Part shown: piece after piece, positions 10,503 to 19,226 of the stretch
Position numbering within the stretch: position 1 is the stretch's first letter
Layout: each line of letters begins with the position of its first letter
Source: Bacteriovoracia bacterium
GTDB lineage: Bacteria; Bdellovibrionota; UBA1018; JBFWNL01
DNA: 64,000 bases
Direction: 5' to 3'
Assembly: GCA_050251055.1 (NCBI GenBank)
Contig: JBFWNL010000002.1
Location: 384,001 to 448,000, forward strand
Program-made: the position numbers and the translations under genes
Notes under the pieces: generated by a model
Databases searched by the model: none
What the model was told of the DNA's origin: nothing
What the model saw: the letters and a program-made list of their open reading frames with translations, nothing else

Positions 10503-11610
10503 AAGGCAGCGGCTGGAGCACGTAGTTCCCGCCCAAGGTCGCTACGCTGCCGTTGGTTTCGATCGTACCGGTTTCGGTCAATACCCCATTCCCGGACACC
10601 GAGTAGGAACGGATCTTCTGCAGGGCGGGTTCGCTAATATAGAGAAATTTACCGCTCCTTGATAAAGCTAACACCCGATCCGGCCGCGAAGTAAGGGGCA
10701 CCGTCTGGACGATTGTCGGTGCATAGGTCGTGGAATCGAAGGTGATCGCGTAGAGAGAAGCATCTTCGTCGACCGAGAAAAGAATGCCGTCGGCGCCAAA
10801 CGCTCCACTCTGAAGGCCTAGGTCCGCAGTAGAAGAAACCAATCGGATGGTTTCCGAAGCATAATCGATCGCGTAAACCTGCGTGGCCGGGACGCCCCCG
10901 TTTAAACGCACGACCAAGAAGCTCTCGTCATGCGCCATGAAGAGCGCTGAAATGCCCGCCGTGGCGGTGATCGTGGATGTAATGGATAAAGCCGGCGCGG
11001 AAGCATCGACCCGAACCATATGAAGCGAGGCGGGAGTGCCGACGACGACGAACGCGTAACGGCCCCGCTGGGAATAGGCGGAGAGTGCGCTCGCGCCCTG
11101 GCCACCCAAGTCACCTGTGTACGCCAGTAGCGTATTGCTTGATCCGTCCGCCGCGATCTCCGAGAGATAGAGGTAAGAAGCCAAACCGGCGCCCAGCAAA
11201 GAAATGACTTTAGAGGTATCGGGAATCCAGTAGGCTCCCCGCCAACGGTGGGTGCCGTTCCCAAGGCTTTCACTGAAGACCGATTGCAGGCTCGCGGTCG
11301 CCGGGGTGAGCTGAAAAATAGTGGTAGTCGCGGCCGGACCCACGGCCCAGCCGAACGTGCCGGTGGAATCGAAAACCAGTTGGCTATTTCCGGTTCCGGT
11401 CGACGTTCCGGCGAGCGTCAACGCCCCCGATGACGGATCGATCGTGAAAACTCGATGTAGGTAGGCACCGGAGCTCAACACCGCAGCAATCAAGAACTCC
11501 TTCGCCAGTACTGGACGTTGGAAATTTGCCGAGCACCCGCTGACTAAAACCAGCAGTGCACCGCCGAATCCTTGGATCAGTCGAACCCGTGAAGAAAAGT
11601 AGGTCCCCAT
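10501..11610 (-). CDS. Beta-propeller lipoprotein (lactonase/6-phosphogluconolactonase-like fold)
   Basis: Lipobox LVSG-C; repeats FTIDPSSGALT, LSRSGKFLYI, YSVSGNGVLT; ATG at 11610 is the likelier start. Confidence 0.7.
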   Translation of the reverse strand: MGTYFSSRVRLIQGFGGALLVLVSGCSANFQRPVLAKEFLIAAVLSSGAYLHRVFTIDPSSGALTLAGTSTGTGNSQLVFDSTGTFGWAVGPAATTTIFQLTPATASLQSVFSESLGNGTHRWRGAYWIPDTSKVISLLGAGLASYLYLSEIAADGSSNTLLAYTGDLGGQGASALSAYSQRGRYAFVVVGTPASLHMVRVDASAPALSITSTITATAGISALFMAHDESFLVVRLNGGVPATQVYAIDYASETIRLVSSTADLGLQSGAFGADGILFSVDEDASLYAITFDSTTYAPTIVQTVPLTSRPDRVLALSRSGKFLYISEPALQKIRSYSVSGNGVLTETGTIETNGSVATLGGNYVLQPLP

Positions 11611-11636
11611 AGAGTATCGAAAGCATACGCCAAGTG

Positions 11637-13325
11637 TCATGACCGTGGAACGCAAATCGCCGTTGCTCTGGGTGGAGTGTCACAAGCACCTACCGCGTGT
11701 ACATAAATCTCCCATAGTGCGCCGGCGGAAGTTCCGTTCGGCTTCACGAATCCCCAGGCTCCGGTGTCACATCCTCCCGTATGCATCCCGTTCAAAGTGC
11801 AACTATAGTTCGCCAAAGTCATTCCGGAGAGCGTGCAGGTAGTGCCGCCTGGAGTGGACGTAGTGTCCGTGCAGGTGTGCTCCGCCCAGGTGATGTTCGG
11901 AGTTGGCTGGACCGGTCGGCACTTAGGGCGGGTCAGACCACTCGTACCATCCAGCCCTTCCATCACCTGTCCGGCCGGGCACACGTAATGGAGCGGTACA
12001 AAATAAGAATGGCCGTTATTATCTTTTGTAAGGAATTTTTCAGAAGGCACGGGCGTATTCGATCCCACCGGTGATTTAAAATTAAATCCCGTATTGAAAA
12101 CACAACCTGCTGGGGTCGACAAGTATCCCGGTTGCCCCACCCGACATTGCCCGCCACCGTGAGCCGGGACTTCGACCGAGTCTGCGACTAGTTTCTGACT
12201 AACGGTAACGTTGCCTTGAATGGAAACTCCACGAAAGTTACCGATGCCGAGATTTGTGATCCCCCAGCTATAACCGCCACCAGAGTAGTAGCCGCCTCGT
12301 AGATTGCCGCCAATACTTAAACCTTGATCGTCGACATTGTAAGCCGTACCCGGACCCACGTTGGTTCCTGCGCTCGCGATGGCAAGCCTCGGAAAGACGC
12401 ACCCCACGCCGGTTTGCCAGCTCCCGGTCAAAGCCTGGCAAACCGCTTCCCCGTCGGGAGCACCCGGCGCGCTCGGGGGCACCCCGGCCGGTGAGCGGCC
12501 AGAGAAAAGCTCGCAACCGGTAATCTGGCTACCGTTGGTTTGGACGGAAAGCAGGAACTCGTCTTGATACTCGGAGCCCCCCAGCGCGGCGAGATGACGC
12601 CCGGACGGATCCCCGGCGGCCGCCATTTGAAAGCGCGAAATGAACTCGTTCGTGGCTCCGGGTACTGGCACCGCATCGGCTAATCGCAACGTGGTTAGAA
12701 CCAAGCCCGGCGTAAGCGGCCGTCCCCGACGAACGCTCACAGACCCGACTCGAAGCTCCTCGAAATCCACGGGGGAAAATGTTCCGCCACCTCCTCCCGA
12801 ACTGCCGGATCCGGACGACGTTCCTCCCGGGCTCGTCGGCACGCGATTCCAGTTTCCTAGTAAGACCGCGAGGTCAGGGGATCCGACTCGCCCATCGTGA
12901 TTCAAGTCGGCCGGAAGCGAAGGGCCGGTCGCGTTCCAAGCGCCGAGCATTAGGGCAAGATCTGGAGAGCCGACTAACCCGTCGCCGTTGATGTCGCCTT
13001 CGGCAGCTGTTCCCGGTACGGGAGGAGCCGTCCCGGAAGCGCCTGCGAAAGATGTACCGCCTAAATTGGCCGTACAAGCTTTAGCTAGGATGAGTTTTAC
13101 TGAGTTCGCGGTGTCCTGGAACTCCGCCACCTGGGTGACCTTCTTCGATCCGCGCAGGCTCTGGGTGGTGATCTGGGTTTGGGTGGCAAGCAAGATTCCC
13201 ATCAAGCCCATCGCAACCAGCACCGAGATCAAGGATTGGCCATTGGACGAAAAGAAATTAGACTTCAATTTTTCCCCCGTAGAAACGAAAAAGCAAGGCG
13301 GCACGGAGCGAGGATTCTGGGGCAT
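11637..13325 (-). CDS. Prepilin-type protein with inserted dockerin-like domain and Cys-rich fibre-like C-terminus
   Basis: G|QSLISVLVAMGLMGILL class III signal (no Glu5); GDINGDGLVGSPDL...DLNHDGRVGSPDL; possible TTG start at 13268 after a GGGGGA RBS. Confidence 0.75.
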   Translation of the reverse strand: MPQNPRSVPPCFFVSTGEKLKSNFFSSNGQSLISVLVAMGLMGILLATQTQITTQSLRGSKKVTQVAEFQDTANSVKLILAKACTANLGGTSFAGASGTAPPVPGTAAEGDINGDGLVGSPDLALMLGAWNATGPSLPADLNHDGRVGSPDLAVLLGNWNRVPTSPGGTSSGSGSSGGGGGTFSPVDFEELRVGSVSVRRGRPLTPGLVLTTLRLADAVPVPGATNEFISRFQMAAAGDPSGRHLAALGGSEYQDEFLLSVQTNGSQITGCELFSGRSPAGVPPSAPGAPDGEAVCQALTGSWQTGVGCVFPRLAIASAGTNVGPGTAYNVDDQGLSIGGNLRGGYYSGGGYSWGITNLGIGNFRGVSIQGNVTVSQKLVADSVEVPAHGGGQCRVGQPGYLSTPAGCVFNTGFNFKSPVGSNTPVPSEKFLTKDNNGHSYFVPLHYVCPAGQVMEGLDGTSGLTRPKCRPVQPTPNITWAEHTCTDTTSTPGGTTCTLSGMTLANYSCTLNGMHTGGCDTGAWGFVKPNGTSAGALWEIYVHAVGACDTPPRATAICVPRS

Positions 13326-13443
13326 ATCCCGGGGGCCTCCGGGATCAAAGGAACGTCCGCACCGCCCTGCTCTTTCTTCTCCTACTAACTTGCTACGATT
13401 CGTTTCCCTTTTCGATTATTTCTGATCAAAAAAATCCACTTTT

Positions 13444-13459
13444 GTATTCCTACGTATTC
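13444..13459 (-). promoter_or_regulatory. Direct-repeat operator candidate GAATAC-GTAG-GAATAC
   Basis: Intergenic, upstream of the 11637..13325 pilin gene. Confidence 0.65.
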
Positions 13460-13477
13460 CACGTCCATTTTCCCTAT

Positions 13478-13708
13478 TCAAACCGGGTCGTTCCGTACAA
13501 AATAGCTGAGGCATTGAGCCGTGTCCGTAATTCTCGGAGCTTCCGGAAGCAATGCCTCCAATATCGCCGCGATTTCCTTGACCGGAGTTTCCTCAAACTC
13601 AGATGACCCGTTTTCGGCGCGGCTGGTGGTGGCCACCCATACCACCAGCCAACTGCAGACCGCTATCCGCCTCAATCTATGTCGACTCATGCTAGATCTT
13701 TCTTTCAT
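13478..13708 (-). CDS. Small hypothetical secreted protein, possibly a fragment
   Basis: AAAGGT-like RBS; signal-peptide-like N-terminus ending SRA-E. Confidence 0.35.
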   Translation of the reverse strand: MKERSSMSRHRLRRIAVCSWLVVWVATTSRAENGSSEFEETPVKEIAAILEALLPEAPRITDTAQCLSYFVRNDPV

Positions 13709-13794
13709 TTAACTACCTTTATCTCAGATAACCGCGGCTATACTTACGATCAGCTAGGTCGCGGACTCGTCTCGAAACGTGACTTCTATTCCTT

Positions 13795-14169
13795 TCACCA
13801 CCAGTGACAGTGGTAGGTATGCGCGGGCTGGACCTCGCACCCATATGCGCGCGCCATACAAAACGTGTGTCGAAGTATCAAACGCAGGTTGATACAGGCG
13901 TTGGGATTGACTTGGTACTCCGTCAAGTCGAGGCAATTATTGAACTCGCAAAACCCAGCTTGCGCTTCCAATGCGGCCTCGATGGCCTCACAGTTTGTTG
14001 TCCAATCCGGCGTGAAGTCCCGACATAGTCCATCCTCCTGATCTGCGAAAGGATCCATGAACTGTTCGGGCTCGGGGGGGCCTACAAAACCGGGATCTGG
14101 ATCTCCCGCCGCCGAGTGGGCCACCAAAAAAACGATTAGCGCCAAGAACAATGCACGAACTCGGTTCAT
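13795..14169 (-). CDS. Small secreted Cys-rich protein
   Basis: GGAGGAGG RBS; signal peptide (AHSAA); 8 Cys in the mature part. Confidence 0.7.
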   Translation of the reverse strand: MNRVRALFLALIVFLVAHSAAGDPDPGFVGPPEPEQFMDPFADQEDGLCRDFTPDWTTNCEAIEAALEAQAGFCEFNNCLDLTEYQVNPNACINLRLILRHTFCMARAYGCEVQPAHTYHCHWW

Positions 14170-14257
14170 CTCGCCTCCTCCTTCATGAGTGATTCACAAA
14201 ACGATAAGGCCCGGGGAGAGAAAAATCCTTCAACTTGCCAGGGCTACGGACGTATCC

Positions 14258-14273
14258 GTATTCGGCGGTATTC
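14258..14273 (-). promoter_or_regulatory. Direct-repeat operator candidate GAATAC-CGCC-GAATAC
   Basis: In the divergent spacer 14170-14416, about 88 nt upstream of ATG 14169; extra half-sites form an 11-bp inverted pair at 14289-14299 and 14357-14367. Confidence 0.65.
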
Positions 14274-14416
14274 CAAACGACGACGAGCGCCTGTATTCCG
14301 AAACCCGACGGAAAACCCCCCCTCAATACAACGACTTGGCAGGGGAAATCCCCGCTGGAATACAGGCCAAATTCGACACATTCCGCACACCCCTTTGTTT
14401 CTGGTAACTTAGGCAT

Positions 14417-15301
14417 ATGACCACTCGTAGTACGTTAGAGCGGCCATGCATCTTTGAATACAACGACTACCGCCGCTACTTGAAGGACTTCTACGCCCAT
14501 AAAAAGAGCCAGAAAGGCGCGGGGTTTTCCTTTCGCTCGCTCGCGAAAGCCGCGGGCTATAGCTCGCCGAACTTCTTCAAGCTCGTGATGGACGGACAGC
14601 GTAATATGTCCGACGAGAGCATCACCCGCATCGCGCTGGTGCTCAAACTCAGCAAGCAAGAAGCCGTATTTTTCTTTAGCCTAGTTCACATGAACCAGGC
14701 GCAGACGAGCGAGGAGCGCGAGCGTTTCGCGGCGGAACTGATGAACAGTGCCGGATTCCGCAAGATCCACCCGCTCAAGGAGGCCCAATATAACTTTTAC
14801 GCGAAGTGGTACATCGCCCCGATCCGTGAGCTCATCGCCACGGCTGACTTCCAAGAAGACCCGGAATGGATCGCGAAGCAGATGACCCCGCCGATCACCG
14901 CGCGGGAGGCGAAAGTCGCGCTCGACGAGCTCCAAACCCTGGGTATGGTCCGCCGTGACGAGTCCGGCCGGTTGCTCCAGGTGAACAACCTCGTGAACAC
15001 GTCGGACGAAGTGATGTCGACTTCCTTGAGCCGCTACCACAAACAAATGATCCGCCTAGCCGGCGAATCGATCGACCGTTTTTCCCGCTACGAGCGGGAG
15101 ATTTCCAGCGCGACTCTGTCCGTTTCCGAGGATTGCGCTAAGAAGGTGAAACAGCTCATCCAAGAGTTTCGCGAACAGATCTTGCAGCTCGCCGCCGAGG
15201 ACACCTCGACTTGCGAGCGGGTGTACCAAGTCAACTTCCAGTTGTTTCCCATGTCCGGGAAACCAGGGGGAACCGGGGGGACGAGCAATGGAGCCGTTTG
15301 A
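14417..15301 (+). CDS. TIGR02147/DUF4423-family protein with N-terminal HTH
   Basis: IFEYNDYRRYLKDFY...FSFRSLAKAAGYSSPNFFKLVMDGQRN; WYIAPIREL; C-terminal VYQVNFQLFP. Confidence 0.88.
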   Translation: MTTRSTLERPCIFEYNDYRRYLKDFYAHKKSQKGAGFSFRSLAKAAGYSSPNFFKLVMDGQRNMSDESITRIALVLKLSKQEAVFFFSLVHMNQAQTSEERERFAAELMNSAGFRKIHPLKEAQYNFYAKWYIAPIRELIATADFQEDPEWIAKQMTPPITAREAKVALDELQTLGMVRRDESGRLLQVNNLVNTSDEVMSTSLSRYHKQMIRLAGESIDRFSRYEREISSATLSVSEDCAKKVKQLIQEFREQILQLAAEDTSTCERVYQVNFQLFPMSGKPGGTGGTSNGAV

Positions 15302-15854
15302 TTCACGCTTTTTCCGCGGCAGCGCGGTACTGACCTTGCTGATCACATCCGCTTGCTCCGTGGGAGGTGGCGGCGGCGGAACTTCCGCCAGCAGCGCCGA
15401 CTTCGGCGGTTCCGGCGCCGGAAACCCTATTACATTTTCTGAAAACTTCGCCGTGCGGCTCTGTGAAAGCACCGCCGGGATCCCGATTGATGGCTTGGAC
15501 GCCCGCGACTGTGCTAACTCGGCGATGGACCATGTCGACATCACGCCCGCCTTGGGATTGCCCACGGTCATCGACACCCTTCGCCTCGCTAAACGGCTCG
15601 AGCTAGAAGGACGCTTGCGGCCCGGTCCCGACGCCGGAGCTTGCTTGGCTCAGATGAGCGGAGAGAGTTTCTGCAACATCGACATCGCGGTCGAAAGTTC
15701 CGGTGGCGGCGCGTACTCGTCGAACAGCTTCGAGCTGCCGGTGGAAACTCCCGTCGTGTCCTGCTACATCCCTCCGGTATGCCGGCAGGTCTTCAAACGG
15801 GTTCGCGGAATGGATTCCATCGACGCGCTCACGCCTCCTGCCTTATCGCCTTAG
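15288..15854 (+). CDS. Cys-rich lipoprotein with GxGNP motif
   Basis: Lipobox ITSA-C; Gly/Ser linker; GSGAGNP; overlaps the regulator stop codon. Confidence 0.7.
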   Translation: MEPFDSRFFRGSAVLTLLITSACSVGGGGGGTSASSADFGGSGAGNPITFSENFAVRLCESTAGIPIDGLDARDCANSAMDHVDITPALGLPTVIDTLRLAKRLELEGRLRPGPDAGACLAQMSGESFCNIDIAVESSGGGAYSSNSFELPVETPVVSCYIPPVCRQVFKRVRGMDSIDALTPPALSP

Positions 15855-15866
15855 TAGTTTCGGACA

Positions 15867-15882
15867 GGATACGCCGGAATAC
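15867..15882 (+). promoter_or_regulatory. Direct-repeat operator candidate GGATAC-GCCG-GAATAC
   Basis: Intergenic, 84 nt upstream of ATG 15967; near-identical to the 10487 site in sense orientation. Confidence 0.65.
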
Positions 15883-15966
15883 GTTTCCCATTCGCGCGCG
15901 ATCGGCATCGTTGAGCCAAAGCCAAAAACCGCGCATCCTACCTAAGATAGCATCAAGGGGGGATTC

Positions 15967-18729
15967 ATGCACACGTATGCAGATGGACGGGCGGGCAGCT
16001 CGACCTTGACTCTACTCGTGCTTTTCGCGGCGGCTGGCGCGACGGCCTGGACATATATCGGCTCTGCGCATTGGCAGCTGGCCGCGTTCTCGCACCGGAC
16101 TCTAGAAACCTCGCGCATCGAGAACGACCTACGCAATTTTGCGAACCGAGTCATGCCGCTCGTAAAGAACTCCGCCTGCGGCGCTCCCGGAGACTGGCGC
16201 GAGCTTCGTTTCTTGCCTTCGGCGGGCACGCCCATCCCCCCACCCCTCGAGGGAGATGTCAATGACGACAATCGGGTCGACTCGGCGGACCTTGGAATCG
16301 TATTGGCCACTTGGGGGCAAGTACCAGGATATGTTCCGGGACAGCCTTCCATTCGCTCCGATTTCAACCGGGATGGACTGGTGAACTCCGTCGATCTAAC
16401 GGTGATCCTCTCGCATTGGGGTGATCGGCGCGATCCACCGGCGGACGACGAAAATAGCGTACCCGTGGTCGGCCCGGCCGGCGTCCGCGCCTGGTGCCAA
16501 CTGCCCGCGAACGGGGGGGCCCAGGACAAAGTCGCGAAGTTCTCCCGCTTCCAACCTTCCACTTCTACTCAGAACGCATTAATTACGATTCACGTCGCCT
16601 GGCAGGAAGTTCCCGCCGCCTATCCAGGAGTTGGCGGATGGAACGACTACATTCGCGTCACGGAACCGACCCGACCCATTTATCAACAAACCAGCGCGAC
16701 CTCCGACTGCACGGTCAATGGTAATCAAAGTGCGAGCATCTGCGTCCATGCCGGGGAGCTACGCCGATTTGTTTTTCGCCACCACCGCACCTGTGGGGAT
16801 ATCCGTATCGAAGACGCATTAAACGCATTCCGATGGGAATGCCAGGATCAGGACGGATTCGTAACCGCGTACTCACTAGGACTGCGGCCCGGACGCGGAC
16901 TTAAGGACTTAGTCGACCTCGGGGGCTGGAAGCAAAATTCCGTCCGCCTCGTTAGTCGTCTTCACGCGACCCTGGTGGCGGAAACCGCCCGTTCCGCTTG
17001 GTGGAGAAATCCCGTGCGGAATATTCCCGCTTCCGAACCCGATGCCGTTTCTCCCGTCCAACTCGGAGGGGAAGTGGGAACGATCTGGATCGCCGAGCGT
17101 CATTCCACCGCACCGGGATACCGCGTTACCGCCGATCGAGCGGCGGTGGTCACCCTGCCCGGCGCATCCTTGGGTTACCGATCGCGGGATCCGAATGCAA
17201 CTCCTTGCCATGATTCAACCGTCGGGACCAATTTCCGTTGCGTAATCTTCACCGACGAAGGGATGGGCGAACGGCGTCATCTTTGGATCGAAGCCGACAT
17301 CGTATCCTCCAACAACGATGGTCACGCCTGGTTCGCCCTGGTACCGACGGCCCACGCCAGCTCCGGCTCCTCAGCTTCGATCGGCGTGTTTCTGCAGAAT
17401 ACCCATCTCTCGCGGATTCACCAACTAAGGGTAGTCGGCGTCTCCGGGCAAGACGGAGATTCTTGCCGTGGAGGGGACGGACTGCGGCTGTCGGGGTCCC
17501 ACGGCAACCGGGTGACGGAAGTCGAGCTAGCGACGAATTCTTGCTACGGCATGAATCTCTCGGCCTCGAACGGGAACTATATTCATCGGCTGCGCGTCGC
17601 AAACAACGGCGCGGGAGTCCGGCTGTGGAACTCGCGGCAAAACAGGTTCACTCACCTGATAGTCTCGAATCACGGCAATATACTCGATCCTCAGGCCGGC
17701 GTGGGACTGCGCATCGGCGGAGCCACTCCGGCCGAAGGCGGGGAGAACGTCGTCCAGCAAGCGACAATTTTCTCCAACTCGGGCGACGGCATTCGATTGG
17801 AGTCCGCGCGCAATTACTTGGTGGCCGTGACCACGGCGCAAAATCGCAATGGCGTTATGGTCACGGGGGCCGAAAACGTAATTCACAATCTAACGGCCCA
17901 TCGCAACCTCGACGCCGGAGTTCGTTTCTTTGGCGGTGGAGGCCGGACGATCAGTCACGTAGTGAGTAGTCGAAACCGCAATATGGGAGTTTCCGTCGCG
18001 GCCACCGACGCAGCCTACGGGGTGGACATTTTTCGCGGGCTCCTAGTATTGGGCCAAAACGGCCAGAATTGCCTGGGCTTTCCGGAGGACCCACGCGCGC
18101 CCATACAAACCGGCGAAAGCTGCCTGCTTCGGGACGCCACGGGTATAGTACAACTGGGTGCGGACACGGAAGCAAGTTTTCTAGGCCCATTGATGGAAGA
18201 CGATTCCGTAAACTCGTCGGATCTGGCGGGCGGTGCCGTCGTCGGTATCGCGCCGCCCGACTTTGACTGGTTCGGCTTCGCTTCCGCCAGACGGGCGTGG
18301 GGCCAAGCGGACCCTCACCGCGCCGAACTCTGTGGCAGCTGTCGCATTTGGGACTGGGACCTCAGCCCCCTACCGGCTTCTCCCCTTTACCGGCACACTG
18401 CCCGGGGAATCGCCGGGATCCAAAGCGAATTTCCCTCGCTTCCGGACCAGGCCTGCCCGCCGGAGTTAAGTTCTCCGGAAAATGTCACACACCACGGAAG
18501 TGTCGGTTATCTTACCGTCGCGATCGAAGTGTCTGGGGACGTCGGCATATCCATGGGAAACGACAACGGTATATGCGAAACTTCGGAGCGCTGCATCTAC
18601 ACGCCCAACTTCGGATCCGACCAGAACGACGGTCGACCGAACTCGATCGAGCAAACTTGCCAGCTCGAAGATCTGCCCGAGTTCAGAAATATGCGAGTTC
18701 ACGGCTTCACGTGGGGAAATCAGCTATGA
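15967..18729 (+). CDS. PilX-like prepilin protein with dockerin-like domain and right-handed parallel beta-helix
   Basis: G|SSTLTLLVLF hydrophobic helix (no Glu5); GDVNDDNRVD...DFNRDGLVN; PbH repeats (GLRLSGSHGNRV, GMNLSASNGNYI, GVRLWNSRQN); Cys-rich C-terminus. Confidence 0.75.
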   Translation: MHTYADGRAGSSTLTLLVLFAAAGATAWTYIGSAHWQLAAFSHRTLETSRIENDLRNFANRVMPLVKNSACGAPGDWRELRFLPSAGTPIPPPLEGDVNDDNRVDSADLGIVLATWGQVPGYVPGQPSIRSDFNRDGLVNSVDLTVILSHWGDRRDPPADDENSVPVVGPAGVRAWCQLPANGGAQDKVAKFSRFQPSTSTQNALITIHVAWQEVPAAYPGVGGWNDYIRVTEPTRPIYQQTSATSDCTVNGNQSASICVHAGELRRFVFRHHRTCGDIRIEDALNAFRWECQDQDGFVTAYSLGLRPGRGLKDLVDLGGWKQNSVRLVSRLHATLVAETARSAWWRNPVRNIPASEPDAVSPVQLGGEVGTIWIAERHSTAPGYRVTADRAAVVTLPGASLGYRSRDPNATPCHDSTVGTNFRCVIFTDEGMGERRHLWIEADIVSSNNDGHAWFALVPTAHASSGSSASIGVFLQNTHLSRIHQLRVVGVSGQDGDSCRGGDGLRLSGSHGNRVTEVELATNSCYGMNLSASNGNYIHRLRVANNGAGVRLWNSRQNRFTHLIVSNHGNILDPQAGVGLRIGGATPAEGGENVVQQATIFSNSGDGIRLESARNYLVAVTTAQNRNGVMVTGAENVIHNLTAHRNLDAGVRFFGGGGRTISHVVSSRNRNMGVSVAATDAAYGVDIFRGLLVLGQNGQNCLGFPEDPRAPIQTGESCLLRDATGIVQLGADTEASFLGPLMEDDSVNSSDLAGGAVVGIAPPDFDWFGFASARRAWGQADPHRAELCGSCRIWDWDLSPLPASPLYRHTARGIAGIQSEFPSLPDQACPPELSSPENVTHHGSVGYLTVAIEVSGDVGISMGNDNGICETSERCIYTPNFGSDQNDGRPNSIEQTCQLEDLPEFRNMRVHGFTWGNQL

Positions 18730-19226
18730 AGACGCACGGCCAGCACCCACAGATAGGGGGGTTCACGTTGATCGAAACCACCATCACGCTGGCGATCCTG
18801 ATGTCGGCCATCTGGGCTCATGCAAGCATGGAATCCCAATCGCGACGCTGGCGTGAAAACGTGGCTCGCCGCTGGCAGGCGCAAAACACGGCGGAGAATA
18901 TCGCCGACATGATCGGGACACTGGATGCGGAAGGATTTAAAGCACTGATCCTGACTCGTGCTACGGGTTTGAGCTACCTCGAACCGATGCGGTCACCGGA
19001 TCACCCTTGGTTGTCGGCTTGGCTCCACCGTCCGGACCAGGAAGCCATAGAGGTTTCCGTCGCCCTCTACTATCCGACCCACCCGTCGGTGCGCCTAGAC
19101 ACCCTTCCCGTCTCGCTTGCCGATTTCAATCCGTTCTCCTTTGAACGCGAAATCACGGTGACCGTGTCTTATCTTAACCCTTCGTCAAGGACATATGTAT
19201 GGACCACGCGCCTTTCCCACGATTGA
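18726..19226 (+). CDS. Type IV minor pilin/pseudopilin (PilV-like)
   Basis: G|FTLIETTITLAIL; ATGA overlap with the upstream stop gives start 18726. Confidence 0.75.
   Translation: MKTHGQHPQIGGFTLIETTITLAILMSAIWAHASMESQSRRWRENVARRWQAQNTAENIADMIGTLDAEGFKALILTRATGLSYLEPMRSPDHPWLSAWLHRPDQEAIEVSVALYYPTHPSVRLDTLPVSLADFNPFSFEREITVTVSYLNPSSRTYVWTTRLSHD

Noticed and set aside
18297-18725. N-terminal extension of the 309-aa ORF
   Set aside because: Overlaps the beta-helix gene; ATGA coupling and the prepilin motif support start 18726.
7235-18729. Cellulosome suggested by dockerin-like domains
   Set aside because: No cohesin scaffoldin or recognisable glycoside hydrolase in the window.
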